Assembly (NCBI GenBank): GCA_002269645.1
Contig: NIVC01000158.1
Span: forward strand, 186,001-250,000
Source of the DNA: Macrostomum lignano
Lineage: Eukaryota
Reading direction: 5' to 3'
DNA: 64,000 bases
Shown here piece after piece: positions 24,776 through 38,784 of this stretch. Numbering within the stretch: position 1 is the stretch's first letter; each line of letters begins with the position of its first letter. Made by a program: the position numbers and the translations under genes. Under the pieces are notes generated by a model. That model worked only from the letters and a program-made list of their open reading frames with translations, had not been told where the DNA came from and made no database searches.

Positions 24776-25663
24776 GGTTTTGAAGCTTCAATAAGACCTG
24801 CCACATAGCAGTTGATGAGGTGAACTCGTTGAAATCCAGCATTCCCACAGTACCCCCCCAGGCAGTGCATGCATTGATGGATGACTTCTATCACGCTAAA
24901 AGCTCCCCCCAATCTCGTAGATGGAAGGCGAGAGCGGAGGTGTGAATTCCTTGACAAGACTCGCCCTGGCCCACCCTGCCGCCCCCTGCAGTTCAGGCGT
25001 CAGCACGGAATGAATCGCGCCCAGTATTCGCACTGCATAATAAGTGTGGAGGGTTTGAACTTGGGAGAAAATTCGAACCAGAAATTTCTAATCTGCATCC
25101 GCAGTTGCACTACTCGAGTTACTTACGAGTAACTATAGGGAAAGCAAACTAGCAAAGGCTAAGGAGATGCCGACACTTCTCAGCTTTCTAGCTAGTAGCT
25201 GCATGAGTAGTCTTCGGCGGCAAGGCTATATAATCTGCTCAAATTTCTCATAGATAATCTTTGCTCCTTTGCGGCTGAAATCAATTCTTCGATCGAAGCG
25301 GTGGTTGGAGCAGCTATTAAGGTGTACTCGGCTTATATCAAGCAGATTAGCATTTCTCTACCGAGATCCCACAAGCAACACAGTTGACGAACGCTATACT
25401 ACAGATTAATCAAATTGTGTGTAGTAGATGTATTGCTACTGCATTGACTCGCGCATTGTAACGGTACAATAGCACCCCTTCCCTATTCATTGATGCAGGA
25501 CCATTGGCTCTCTAGTTTGGCTGGTCCCTAGGTCTCTGCCATGCATGTTCTCGCTCTGAAATTTATTCCCCCCAAGCCAGCTCCATCCAGTGAGCTATGA
25601 TTTCTAATTACAGAAACTTGTGAGCGTGAAAACTTGGTATAAGCGATTTTGGTTAAATAGACG

Positions 25664-27162
25664 CTCTGCAACTGTAGGTCTAGCAGCTCTGCAACTGTAG
25701 GTTTAGCAGCTCTGCAACTGTAGGGTGTAGCAGCTCTGCAACTGTAGGTGTAGCAGCTCTGCAACTGAGGGTGTAGCAGCTCTGCAACTGTAGGTGTAGC
25801 AGCTCTGCAACTGTAGGGTGTAGCAGCTCTGCAACTGTAGGTGTAGCAGCTCTGCAACTGTAGGTTTAGCAGCTCTGCAACTGTAGGGTGTAGCAGCTCT
25901 GCAACTGTAGGGTGTAGCAGCTCTGCAACTGTAGGTGTAGCAGCTCTGCAACTGTAGGTGTAGCAGCTCTGCAACTGTAGGTTTAGCAGCTCTGCAACTG
26001 TAGGGTGTAGCAGCTCTGCAACTGTAGGGTGTAGCAGCTCTGCAACTGTAGGGTGTAGCAGCTCTGCAACTGTAGGGTGTAGCAGCTCTGCAACTGTAGG
26101 GTGTAGCAGCTCTGCAACTGTAGGGTGTAGCAGCTCTGCAACTGTAGGTGTAGCAGCTCTGCAACTGTGGGTGTAGCAGCTCTGCAACTGTGGGTTTAGC
26201 AGCTCTGCAACTGTAGGTGTAGCAGCTCTGCAACTGTAGGTGTAGCAGCTCTGCAACTGTAGGTTTAGCAGCTCTGCAACTGTAGGTGTAGCAGCTCTGC
26301 AACTGTGGGTTTAGCAGCTCTGCAACTGTAGGTGTAGCAGCTCTGCAACTGTAGGTGTAGCAGCTCTGCAACTGTAGGTTTAGCAGCTCTGCAACTGTAG
26401 GTGTAGCAGCTCTGCAACTGTAGGTTTAGCAGCTCTGCAACTGTAGGTGTAGCAGCTCTGCAACTGTAGGTGTAGCAGCTCTGCAACTGTAGGTTTAGCA
26501 GCTCTGCAACTGTAGGTGTAGCAGCTCTGCAACTGTAGGTGTAGCAGCTCTGCAACTGTAGGGTGTAGCAGCTCTGCAACTGTAGGGTGTAGCAGCTCTG
26601 CAACTGTAGGTGTAGCAGCTCTGCAACTGTAGGTGTAGCAGCTCTGCAACTGTAGGTTTAGCAGCTCTGCAACTGTAGGTTTAGCAGCTCTGCAACTGTA
26701 GGTTTAGCAGCTCTGCAACTGTAGGTGTAGCAGCTCTGCAACTGTAGGTATAGCAGCTCTGCAACTGTAGGTATAGCAGCTCTGCAACTGTAGGTGTAGC
26801 AGCTCTGCAACTGAGGGTGTAGCAGCTCTGCAACTGTAGGGTGTAGCAGCTCTGCCATTGTAGGGTGTAGCAGCTCTGCAACTGTAGGTGTAGCAGCTCT
26901 GCAACTGTAGGTGTAGCAGCTCTGCAACTGTAGGGTGTAGCAGCTCTGCAACTGTAGGGTGTAGCAGCTCTGCAACTGTAGGTGTAGCAGCTCTGCAACT
27001 GTAGGTGTAGCAGCTCTGCAACTGAGGGTGTAGCAGCTCTGCAACTGTAGGTGTAGCAGCTCTGCAACTGTAGGTGTAGCAGCTCTGCAACTGAGGGTGT
27101 AGCAGCTCTGCAACTGTAGGGTGTAGCAGCTCTGCAACTGTAGGTGTAGCAGCTCTGCCATT
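25664..27162. repeat. 23/24-bp minisatellite GTAGCAGCTCTGCAACTGTAG(G)GT, ~64 copies
   Basis: Directly visible. Confidence 0.97.
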
Positions 27163-28904
27163 GTGCAGATCTGGCAAAGCCCACAACTGTAGCCGAGGTT
27201 CAGTCACAGCCGCCTCGCTCTGTCTTATCATCTTTTTCAGACCGAGTTCCAACCAACAGCTTCAAACTGTGCCGCTGCGATCCAACCGTGCGGAGAAGCC
27301 AGCCAAACATTGCGCGAACATTGCTAATAGAGAAAAATGTGTATATATGTCTTTTAAAGAACTTACCTAATGCTCGTCGATGTTCTTGATTTTGGGGGCT
27401 TCAACATTCAACAACGCTCGGGGGGGGGGGCAGAATCTGATTCTACAGGAATTGACAGCCTCAGTTGCTGCGTCCCCAGCACAAGTCTGCCTGTCTGTCT
27501 CTCCTGTCTCTCGCCCAAGCAGAAACAACTTGCATACGCCAAGAGATTCGGCAACATACCATCGCGTTTGACCAGTTCAGCCTTCTGCTTTTGCGTTGCC
27601 CTGAAGAAGTCAAAACTGACCGAAAAAACCCCTATTATAACAAATCCTTCACTTTACTTTGCTTCATTTTTCTAACTAGTTTTTTGTCTCCGATTTCTTC
27701 TTAAGATCAATTTTTATCGATGTGTGGATCTCGGGTCTGGGCTTGGGACAGGCGCCGTTCTACAAACTGCAGTGTGTGTATTTGTGTGTGTGTGTGTGTG
27801 TGTGTGTGCGGCTACGGGAAATCAAAAGGTGGTGGTCGGAAAGTCTACGTAGAGAGAAAGGCTTTAACCTCCTCACCTTAGCCATTAAACTCCCGCTGGT
27901 TTTGCTAACTCTCACTCTCTCCCTCTCTCTCTTTCCCCCATTTCCCTCCCTGTGTTTTCCAACCTCTTTTAGTGGGCAAATCCGAACGGCGAGAGTGCTT
28001 CATAACTGATAACGCAGTCGACATTGCGATAAAAGAAAACAAAAACCGGGCCTTCCTTTCCAGCCTCCTCGGCCCTGCATCCAAATCTCCCCCATCTCTC
28101 CAAAATTCCGTATAGTATTCGGTGTTGCTTAAAAACCACTTTTCCAAGAAAAATCCTATAAAAAAACAGTCGATCCAGTGTGGTCCCAGTGTGAAATTTT
28201 TTGGAGGCCCGATTTCGCTCCAAATTGCTATGGTATAAGCAAGACAGGAATGCTTTTAATTGTTTTTTAGAACTAGCTGAATTTACAATAGTGCACTCGG
28301 CTTCTGAACCACCAGTGTGCATGTAAGATGCATGTTCGTTTGGCTAAAGGCTGATTGACAAGTTAACCTGTTTAAATTTGATTTTTAGAAACCACTGTGT
28401 TATTAGTACTAATTTTGGCGCCGCAGGCACTCACCTACAAGGGCGCTCACCCAGGGTGTACAGCGGTCCTGACTTTCTAATCGTCAGACATGTACATATC
28501 TGTGACTCGGGAGGTTGGCCATCAAGAGCGTTTGCGTTGGGCATCCTCTCCGCGAATATTTATTTGTCTGTTTAGCTAAGCCACTGCACTGCAGGTTTTG
28601 CATTTATGTACAGAAATTGATGCAGTAAGTCTACTTTAATAACGCTGATACTTTGTTCTGACTAAATTTCAATTAGAGAAATCTTGTTTTTTCTCAGCAT
28701 CACAACAGACAACTGATTTTTGTCACTCATCATCAATACTGATTAGCAATCTGTGTATTTTATGTTTTGGTAACCTTCAATAGTTGTTTAATATTTAGTA
28801 TATGGATTTCATACGAAATAATAAACTGCATTCATTGTTTTGTAAATTTCAGCTAACGTTATTATATTTCTGTTCGCTTCTTTTGCACTGTTAACTGCCC
28901 TATC

Positions 28905-29612
28905 TCACCCTGTCAGTATCTCACTCTGACAGTATCTCACCCTGTCAGTATCTCACCCTGACAGTATCTCACCCTGACAGTATCTTACCCTGTCAGTATC
29001 TCACCCTGACAGTATCTCACCCTGTCAGTATCTCACCCTGTCAGTATCTCACCCTGTCAGTATCTTACCCTGTCAGTATCTCACCCTGTCAGTATCTCAC
29101 CCTGAAAGTATCTCACTCTGTCAGTATCTCACCCTGACAGTATCTCACCCTGACAGTATCTCACCCTGTCAGTATCTTACCCTGACAGTATCTCACTCTG
29201 ACAGTATCTCACCCTGTCAGTATCTCACCCTGACAGTATCTCACCCTGACAGTATCTCACCCTGACAGTATCTCACCCTGACAGTATCTCACCCTGACAG
29301 TATCTCACCCTGTCAGTATCTCACCCTGTCAGTATCTCACCCTGTCAGTATCTCACCCTGAAAGTATCTCACTCTGTCAGTATCTCACCCTGACAGTATC
29401 TCACCCTGTCAGTATCTTACCCTGTCAGTATCTCACCCTGACAGTATCTCACCCTGACAGTATCTCACCCTGTCAGTATCTCACCCTGACAGTATCTCAC
29501 CCTGTCAGTATCTCACCCTGTCAGTATCTCACCCTGACAGTATCTCACCCTGTCAGTATCTCACCCTGACAGTATCTCACCCTGTCAGTAGCTCACCCTG
29601 TCAGTATCTCAC
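28905..29612. repeat. 16-bp minisatellite TATCTCACCCTGWCAG, ~44 copies
   Basis: Directly visible. Confidence 0.96.
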
Positions 29613-30114
29613 CTACACCATGAACCGAATTAATTCTAACTGTAGGCCCATCAGCCTCAACCTTTTCCCTTCGCAGCTTCCAGCCTTTATCTCTCCCCAC
29701 CTCCGGCTCACTAATATCCTGCATTTGCGCATGTGCGCAGTTATTTGAAAATGTCAGTTTCAGAAAAAATTCGAGGTTGAACTCGATTCTACGCCGACAG
29801 AAAAGTTTCTCGATTATTCGCAATTTTTCCTCGAAAAGAATGATTGAATATCAATTTAAAAGTAATTTGGATTGAAGACAAGTCTCTATTTCAATAGTAT
29901 TTTCATTCTTTAACTTCGAAAGTTAAATAATTCTTTAAATAATTATTATTTGGCAGACAATATCCAGCCTTCTTGTTTGAAGAAGATATTGATGCCATGT
30001 TGGCTAATCTCCAAGACAATTTATGAAATCTTTCTCAACACGCGTGAAAGTCCTGTTTTTGTAAACAAGGTTTTAAGCGAATGCTATCCATGATGCACAT
30101 TGCGATTGAGGCCT

Positions 30115-30755
30115 TGCTTGTGTTTAGGATGTTCAAAGTGATTAGGATGTTTGCTTTTAGTATCCTTGTGTTTATGATGTTTGTGTTTATGACGTTTGTG
30201 TTTATGATATTTGTGTTTATGATGTTTGTGTTTATGATGTTTGTGTTTATGATGTTTGTGTTTATGACATTTGTGTTTATGATGTTTGCTTTTAGTATGC
30301 TTGTGTTTATGATGTTTGTGTTTATGATGTTTGCTTTTAGTATGCTTGTGTTTATGACGTTTGTGTTTATGATGTTTGTGTTTATGACGTTTGTGTTTAT
30401 GATGTTTGTGTTTATGATGTTTGTGTTTATGATGTTTGTGTTTATGACGTTTGTGTTTATGATGTTTGCTTTTAGTATGCTTGTGTTTATGATGTTTGTG
30501 TTTATGATGTTTGCTTTTAGTATGCTTGTGTTTATGACGTTTGTGTTTATGATGTTTGTGTTTATGACGTTTGTGTTTATGATGTTTGTGTTTATGATGC
30601 TTGTGTTTATGACGTTTGTGTTTATGACGTTTGTGTTTATGATGTTTGTGTTTATGATGTTTGTGTTTATGACGTTTGTGTTTATGACGTTTGTGTTTAT
30701 GATGTTTGTGTTTATGATGTTTGTGTTTAAGATGTTTGTGTTTATGATGTTTGTA
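30115..30755. repeat. 15-bp minisatellite TGTTTATGAYGTTTG
   Basis: Directly visible. Confidence 0.95.
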
Positions 30756-30874
30756 TTTAGGACGGCTGTGAGGACCACTGGACAAACCATTGGTGTCTAG
30801 AGGTAAACATACGTATGTAAGGACCACTGAAGTCACTTCGTTTCTTCTTAATTAAGTCCTTGAACGTATGTCAG

Positions 30875-31273
30875 TGCGTCTAGAGACAAACATATCCGTA
30901 TGTCAAGATGTCTAGAGACAAACATATCCGTATGTCAAGATGTCTAGAGACAAACTCATTCGTATGTCAAGATGTCTAGAGACAAACGCATTCGTATGTC
31001 AAGATGTCTAGAGACAAACGCATTCGTATGTCAAGATGTCTAGAGACAAACGCATTCGTATGTCAAGATGTCTAGAGACAAACGCATTCGTATGTCAAGA
31101 TGTCTAGAGACAAACGCATCCGTATGTCAAGATGTCTAGAGACAAACGCATCCGTATGTCAAGACGTCTAGAGACTAACATATCAGTATGTCAAGATGTC
31201 TAGAGACTAACATATCAGTATGTCAAGATGTCTAGAGACTAACATATCAGTATGTCAAGATGTCTAGAGACAA
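30875..31273. repeat. 32-bp minisatellite GATGTCTAGAGACAAACGCATTCGTATGTCAA, ~12 copies
   Basis: Directly visible. Confidence 0.94.
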
Positions 31274-32440
31274 ACTTATTGTCTATTTCTATAGTTAAAG
31301 AAAATTCAAAGAGCCAGCAGCCAGCATCAGGCGCGGCAGACGGTAGTTTGCAAAATCGGTGATTAAAACGATTGGAATAATACGATCTATGAAATACCAA
31401 AACGACCGCACTTGTTTATTTTATCAGCTACCTACCGACTTGTCACTGCATGGCTGCCAAAAGATAAATTGTGACAGGTTGTAAAATAGCAAACGTTTGT
31501 CTGGTCTGCTTCGGCGCAAACTTTTCTATAGCTATAGAGCGTCTAGGCTCGGACAAGAAATGATGCAGCTAGTTGCCAAGCGTAATTGTGACAGAGTGTA
31601 GATCGCTGAATAATGAATGCATTTGGTGTATCTCTAGCTAGCAGACGGAGTGTCAATATGGTTGCAGCAGTGTATACACAGTATCCGCGTCACTAATATT
31701 CGTACAAGAGAGGAGAAGCAGTATATTAAATTCCTAGTTGTCCAATGGTTACACATCTTTTTGGTTGCCAGACCCCCCCCCTCGCGTGCTGCTGCAAATC
31801 CTCTCGGATACGGCCGTTCGGGGCACAAGATTTGCGGACTTATGCCGCGTGCGTGTGCGGCTTGGGGATTCGGGAAGGCGATGGTGATGTACAGACCATC
31901 CAGAGATCGTGATCCCTATTTGTACCAGACGGCCGATATATGCGGAACTGCATTGGGGATTCAGTGAGGTTGCGCCCGGGACCAGTGGGGGTCGAAGGAG
32001 ATGACTCCGCGGCTATTCAGATACGGGCTGAGGGGAGGTGCGGGTGTAGTGGAAGGGGGGGATGGAAATCTTGCAGAAAATCTGCAGGCTGGCATGTATA
32101 TAGGCATGCCTATTGAAAGATGGTGCTGGGGGGACGCCGCGAACACACACACTGCCAGCTGGCAAGCTAGGAATCTGAATGATGCGCTGCCGTTTTTGGC
32201 GCGTCTTTGGGCCAAGCCTATAGCCGTGGCATTTGCTCGGTTAAAGCTCGCGCTATGGCCGCTATAGGGATTATTGTCGTTTTGGAATTGATCGGCATGC
32301 TTCCGCTAGCATAGCAGCAGAGATGCGGAAGTAACGCAAACACACCTTTATATATTTATCTTTCTTATTGTTATTTAATCAACTTGATCCCTATACTTTC
32401 ATTTCTCTCTCTCTCTTCCCATCTTAGTATATTTAGCATA

Positions 32441-32860
32441 CCTTGGTGCTGGCGCCCCTTGTTGCTGGTGCTCCTTGGTGCTGGCGCCCCTTGGTGCTGG
32501 CGCCCCTTGGTGCTGGCGCCCCTTGGTGCTGGCGCCCCTTGGTGCTGGCGCCCCTTGGTGCTGGCGCCCCTTGGTGCTGGCGCCCCTTGGTGCTGGCGCC
32601 CCTTGGTGCTGGCGCCCCTTGGTGCTGGCGCCCCTTGGTGCTGGCGCCCCTTGGTGCTGGCGCCCCTTGGTGCTGGCGCCCCTTGGTGCTGGCGCCCCTT
32701 GGTGCTGGCGCCCCTTGGTGCTGGCGCCCCTTGGTGCTGGCGCCCCTTGGTGCTGGCGCCCCTTGGTGCTGGCGCCCCTTGGTGCTGGCGCCCCTTGGTG
32801 CTGGCGCCCCTTGGTGCTGGCGCCCCTTGGTGCTGGCGCCCCTTGGTGCTGGCGCCCCTT
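32441..32860. repeat. 16-bp minisatellite CCCCTTGGTGCTGGCG, ~26 copies
   Basis: Directly visible. Confidence 0.96.
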
Positions 32861-35227
32861 ATGTGTAATAACATACGAGTAATAATACGTCGTGTAAATG
32901 GCATTTCTATATAATTTCTACATTCTATTAAAGGCTGCTTTTGATGTTAAATTTACGTGTCGAAATTATTTGGGGATAAAGCTATTCACTCTTGAGAATA
33001 TCATGGAATAATTATTATTGCAATCAATTAATATGCTCCTATTAATCTGCAGTCGCGGGCAAGTTTTAAATTTTTTAATGCTGAAACACGTACCGCAGCA
33101 GCGTCGACCAAGGCTGAGGATGTAAACATAAATCGCGCTACATCTGATGTCGGTCACGTATAGACTGCCAATCATTAATAAAAATCTTTTTAGGAGGCTA
33201 GAAATAGTGTAGCATATAATAATATTACATGTACAGCTGTTAGTTAAGGCTATAACGACATGCCCTGAGGGTGTTTAAAATATCTTACTCTCTGGGGGGC
33301 CGCAGCGTCTGCCCGTCACGGAGGATTCTCCGACCTCCGCACGTGCAATCACTTGTTCTGCGAATGGTTAGATAATCTTTACAGGCTCATTTTTTCATTC
33401 TAAATCATTTAGCTATGGATAAATTTATGGCATGGTGATAATTTACGGCATTTTACAAGTGTATGGTACACTGCTCTGCTGTAGTATCTTCAGCAACCTT
33501 TTACGCAATATGCTGTAGATGTACAGGTATTGAGGCTCAGTAAACAGCTTTCATGCGCGCACATGTACTATTGTATACGTCTAGTAGATAGGTACATGTA
33601 CATTTATAAAGTGATCCACCAACACGGCACCAAAGCCCCACCGTGAACGTTCTATACAATAAAAGTGCATGTACTTTAACATCTTGCATGTGTTGTAGCT
33701 AGCATTAACATAAAGTTCAAAGCTGCATGGGCTCGTCGTATAATTGCGTAATAAATGCTACAAATATGTGACAATTGTAATATGCATCAATCAGCTTTTA
33801 AAACATACAGTGTACATGTACGCCGAATCAAATGTCTTCGAAGTACACTAAACCAAGCACTTCAAATCGAAAATCGACAATCCAAAAATCTATGGCAGTA
33901 GCAGTGCCCTGCAGCTTCCACTGGGAACCATAGAACTGCATGCAAGCATTTATTTGACCATAAGACAAAGCCAATCAAGTTGAAGAACAGCTAGTTAGTC
34001 AATTAGTAAATAGCTTGTAATTCTGAGAAGTAAGAATTGCGAGAATATTTTTCATGTACACGCTTTTGAGAACAGTACGCTAGCCGCTTGTGGAGAAATA
34101 GAATTAACAGTTACGTGCATGTATTGCTAGCTGTACATATACATGTACAGTTACAGTTTTTAAGTAATAAAAATCGTTATCCTCGAATTATAACAATCGT
34201 CTCTAAAAAGATGAAAAGACTTAAAACATGCACTAGACTCAATTAAAATTAAGCATTCGAAAATCCGTATAAAAAGTTGTAATCTTTGCATTAAAAATTG
34301 ATTATTTACAATATTTGTTTCTATGAATTTTTTTAAACGCAAACTAGTCCGGCATGAGTGTACACATGCGAGGAGAGAGACGACGATGAATAAAAGGTAT
34401 AAAGTAATTTTGTCGATTTCAAAACTAAGGCGTAGGCGCATTAGTCTAATTGGCATAGAGTCCATAGACCAACCAAGGCTAGCATCTTGGGCTAGAGCCA
34501 GCCATTTAGTTAGGCCTAGGCTTATTTGACCTAAATTCGGTTCAGCCCAGTCCCCTGGCCGCCAGGCATAATTAGGCCGGCCCTAATATTCAATATCTGT
34601 TTATACAAGGGAATCGGGATTGACAAAATATTAAAAATAAAGTTTCCTATCTAGGGTCTAGGCGGCTAGATCATATGTATGCACTATGTCTATCTATAAC
34701 CAACCAATCATAGGCCTATTTATAGTAACAACTGTTATTGTTATTATGACTATGACATTACATTAGGGATTGGGCCTACAATTATTTGCATTTGGAAAAT
34801 ATGAAGTTTTATTTTTTACTTGTAACTCAAAAATACTGAGTACTATTAGTGCATATTTCCCTATAATCAATCACAGAGCTAGGTACTATTCTCAAGATCA
34901 TGTTTGCACCAGAAATTTCTGGTGCATATTTGTATCAGTTCGCACATTGCACTTGCACAAGTTGCACATACTTGGCACACAAATTTTCTTGAAAGTCTTA
35001 TGGTGCCCATATGCCTGGATTATGGACATTCTTTTGTTTTACAATACCTAAAGTCCAATTGGTTACTTACTTATATGTCAATTTTGTTATATAATCAATA
35101 CCAAGCCAATTTTAAAATAGACAGACATGCAAAAATGTTACAATCAAAGAATGCATCATAAAACAAAAGTGAGTGGTGGAAACAAAAATGCAAAGAATAG
35201 TAAGAATTGGACATAGACATAGAAGAT

Positions 35228-35760
35228 CCATAGTCAAGATCATATCATGGGCCTGGTATATGCCGGAATAAAAAGTCCCCTAAAAAAATCTATGCCACTT
35301 CATACTAAAACATACGCCAAGTTCCTAGGAACTTATGCCAGGTTTTCTAGGCTTTGCAACAATAAATGACCTTTTTTGTGTGTTACACATTTTTTAACAA
35401 TAAAAATTTAACAAATGTGTGGTTTTCCTTTAAAGTAAATTGGCTCACAGATAATGCCAACAAAAATCAATTTTTGTTTAAGTTTTTTTTAGAAAATTAA
35501 CACGATTAGTTTGCGTGGAATTTTAAATTTTTATAATAAGATTCTGAGGTTACGGCGTTATGCCAATAATTGTTAATATTAACTTTGACATGGTTGGAGT
35601 TGGCATACGCTGCTTGGCATATTTACGCCACGGCATCACGCCAAAAGGTACGCCAAATATATTTTGCCTCATTTTTTACGCCAATTGTATGCCAAAAAAA
35701 GTAAAATTTTTAATTGTATGCCGGAAATTTCTGGCATAATGTACATCATCCTGACTATGG
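35228..35760. mobile_element. Non-autonomous TIR element (MITE) with CCATAGTCA...TGACTATGG ends
   Basis: Terminal inverted repeats; perfect 8-bp TSD TAGAAGAT at 35220-35227 and 35761-35768; internal TGGCRTA/TAYGCCA motifs. Confidence 0.8.
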
Positions 35761-35837
35761 TAGAAGATTCCTATAGTTGTAGCAGTAAGTTAATAATAGG
35801 CCCTACTGTTATACCCATTTGTTTCTTTCTAGCCATG

Positions 35838-36430
35838 CCAGGTTGCGGATGGTATGCATATATGCTGGAACTTTTCCAGCATACAAAATGGCCACCTTAA
35901 GTCTTTGGCATACACAATCAGCGTATACAACCCCTGGCAAACTTTGTTGGCATACACTATTGGTGTGCACTAGGCCACTAGTAACATAGCCATGTATACT
36001 TTTTTGGCATACAGATTTTGGTGAATAAATTCATGCCATGCATGAAAATTGTAATGTAAATTACGTTTTTATGTAAAGTAATAATGGATTTGGATCGTCA
36101 GTGATAAAATTTTTGCTTCTTTTGAAATTAACAATGAATAAAATTAGTGTAAATTTTTGCTAAGAGTATCAATTTTGTGTCATATTTTTTGTAGGTGTAA
36201 TTTAAGTTTGTTTAAATTTAAAATATTTGTAATATTTTAAAAAAAAACTTTTCATACAAAAGCCTTTCTTAGAAAACTCTAGTCATGAACAATGAAAACC
36301 ATATTACCTTTTTTAGGAATTTTTGGCATGCATTTTAGTGCAAAATTTTGTTTTTTGCGTACATTGGCGTACAAAGTCCTTGACATCTGAATTTGGTCCG
36401 GCGTACATGGATACATGATCCTTACACTGG
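35838..36430. mobile_element. Related, more degenerate MITE (CCAG...CTGG ends)
   Basis: Imperfect TIRs (CCAGGTTGCGGATGGTATGCATATATGCTGG vs reverse complement of the right end); 7/8 TSD TAGCCATG/TAGCCATA; same TGGCRTA motifs. Confidence 0.6.
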
Positions 36431-37657
36431 TAGCCATAGTAGCAAAACAAAATTCTCCTGGTTCCCTTTGCATTTCCCCTACATGGGAACTATTTCCCTG
36501 CATTTTGTTTCTATCCCCCTTTATTTTTGTTTTACTTACAATGTATTTTAAACAATTTTTTTAATTAAGGTATTATATAGTAGGGCCTAACAAAAGTGAA
36601 TATAAGGATTGTGCTCTATATTAAGCTACAATTGTTGGATTCTTGCATGTCTACATCTAATTCCCCTCTCACTTTCATTTTACAATGCATTCTTAACAAA
36701 TTCTTCATTTAGGATATCATATAACAAAAATTAATATAGGATTGAGCTCTATTAAGCTATAATTGTAGCATTTTTGCAATCATGTCTATGTCCCACTATT
36801 CTCATTTTCTCACTATTCTCACTATTTTTCATTGGGTATTGTATAACAAAATTGATGCAAAATGTGGATATTATAAAACAAAAGGATGCCTAATATATAT
36901 ATATTGTGCCATTATATGATACATATACTTATTTTGGATTTTAAAAAGGCCATGTGTTGCTAGTAGGGCCTACATGCTTAAAAGAATCACATTAAAATTA
37001 TAAAAAAATTGTACTTTCTTCAGTTTAAATAAGAAAATTTATGTAGTGTAAAGTTGTGAGTTCACAGTTTAACATTTTTTGCAAAAATATTGTAAATACA
37101 AAAAAGGATAATACCTTTATAAAAATTGTTTATAGCTTTTTTATTCATATATATTTATATTGATTTGAGAGTAAGCTTAGGGACTAGGAGATTTCATACT
37201 CTACTTATTGCAAGCATACCCGGTGCACTATTATTTTGCCTTCTTCTTTTGGTGCATAGAAGTATATGCCACTTCTAGTGCACATGTAATATGATTTTGA
37301 CTAGGTCTATGGACAGGGTGGGCCCTAAGTAAAAACATATTTTTTTATATTTTATTAAAGATCTAGTCCCCAGCTTATGCCCAATGTTATAATGGCTTAC
37401 AATAGGCCCTAATTATAATAAGATTATCTAAAAGCAGCTTATTTTTTAAATTTTTGAATAGGCTTAAAATATAAAAATTAGAAAAATTCTTACAATTCTA
37501 TTTCAAAATTCTTAGTTTGTGTTAGTTGGTCTTAATTCATTGCATACAACTATATATGATAAATAGTCAGCCATTGCAAACTGCTTACTATATTGTATGC
37601 AAATTATATTATATACCTTGGCTAGCACTCTATTGTATTCTTAGCCAATGACAGTTG

Positions 37658-38113
37658 CCATAGTCCAGAAGGTGGCCTGTACGCTGGAATTTTCCGGTGT
37701 ATTTTTGCTTTCGCTGACAATCTTGGCATACACTTGGCGTATAGAATTTTCAGGTTCAACATGAAGTGTACACAGTTGGCATACAAAAATAGCCAAGTTC
37801 AAGGCTAATGTAATTGTGTAGTTAAATATCAACCAACGTAGAAGGCTCTTTAAAAATAATCGGAAACTAAAATAGAAAATATGAACACAATCACGAGAAA
37901 ATCAAAATTAAAACAGAATATCAGTTTTTAGCAAAAACAGCTGTTTTAAAGTTCAGTAAAAGTTTTGAGTTCCTAAAAATATATATTCATTAAAAATGGT
38001 GTATAAACAATTTTAGTTTTGGCATAAAATTTTTATTTTATTTTACATTGGCATAAAATTGAAAAAACATGAATTTTCATTCCAGCGTATACCTGCCATG
38101 ATCTGGACTATGG
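37658..38113. mobile_element. Related MITE (CCATAGTCCAGA...TCTGGACTATGG ends)
   Basis: ~33-bp imperfect TIR; 7/8 TSD GACAGTTG (37650-37657) / GACAATTG (38114-38121). Confidence 0.78.
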
Positions 38114-38784
38114 GACAATTGCCTAAGTCCAACAATCTACATATAAGTCACAATAGTATTGGCTATGGTACCACCTATTGTTTGAACTAGCTATATAAAG
38201 CCTAAGAAATATTCCTTGATTAGATGCTTGCTTGATAGGCCACTTTCCTTTTGAACAAACCTAATAGAAATAGAGTTACAGGCAAAAGACATCTATCATT
38301 TTGTCTATTATTACTGACCATTTAGGATTTGTTAGCATCCTTGATAATACACTGCTAAAGCTATTGTCCAATAATTGATATAAGTTAATTTTGCACCTGT
38401 ACCAAATAGTACCAAAATGCTTTAGTTTATTGAGATACCCTGCTAGTTCCACATCTCTAGAGGCTGCCTTTAATTGAAGTAAGGCTTGAAAGTTGCCTTC
38501 TATAGATTCTATGTCAACATCTGAGGATGGACAACATAGAGGCTTATCCTCACAATGACCACAAGTGGCAATTCTACATCAAATCAAAGTCAAGACAATG
38601 CGTTACAGTCATTTCCTATTGTTAGCTATTTTAGCTATTAGTGCCTTGTCCTAGAGCTAGATGTTCAGCCATTGACTACTCCTGTACTAACATAAAGTTA
38701 GTGGCTGTCTCCTTTGCAAACTTATGATAATGAGTTTTATTATGAGTCTTGACACCTTTGCTAGCCTTAAAAATATGTTTATAG

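Noticed and set aside
29958-30026. Short protein-like frame QYPAFLFEEDIDAMLANLQDNL*
   Set aside because: Too short, with no partner exons identified
35209-36793. Inverted 12-mer GGACATAGACAT/ATGTCTATGTCC that could bound a larger element containing two MITEs
   Set aside because: No TSD at these ends, and the right copy belongs to a local direct duplication
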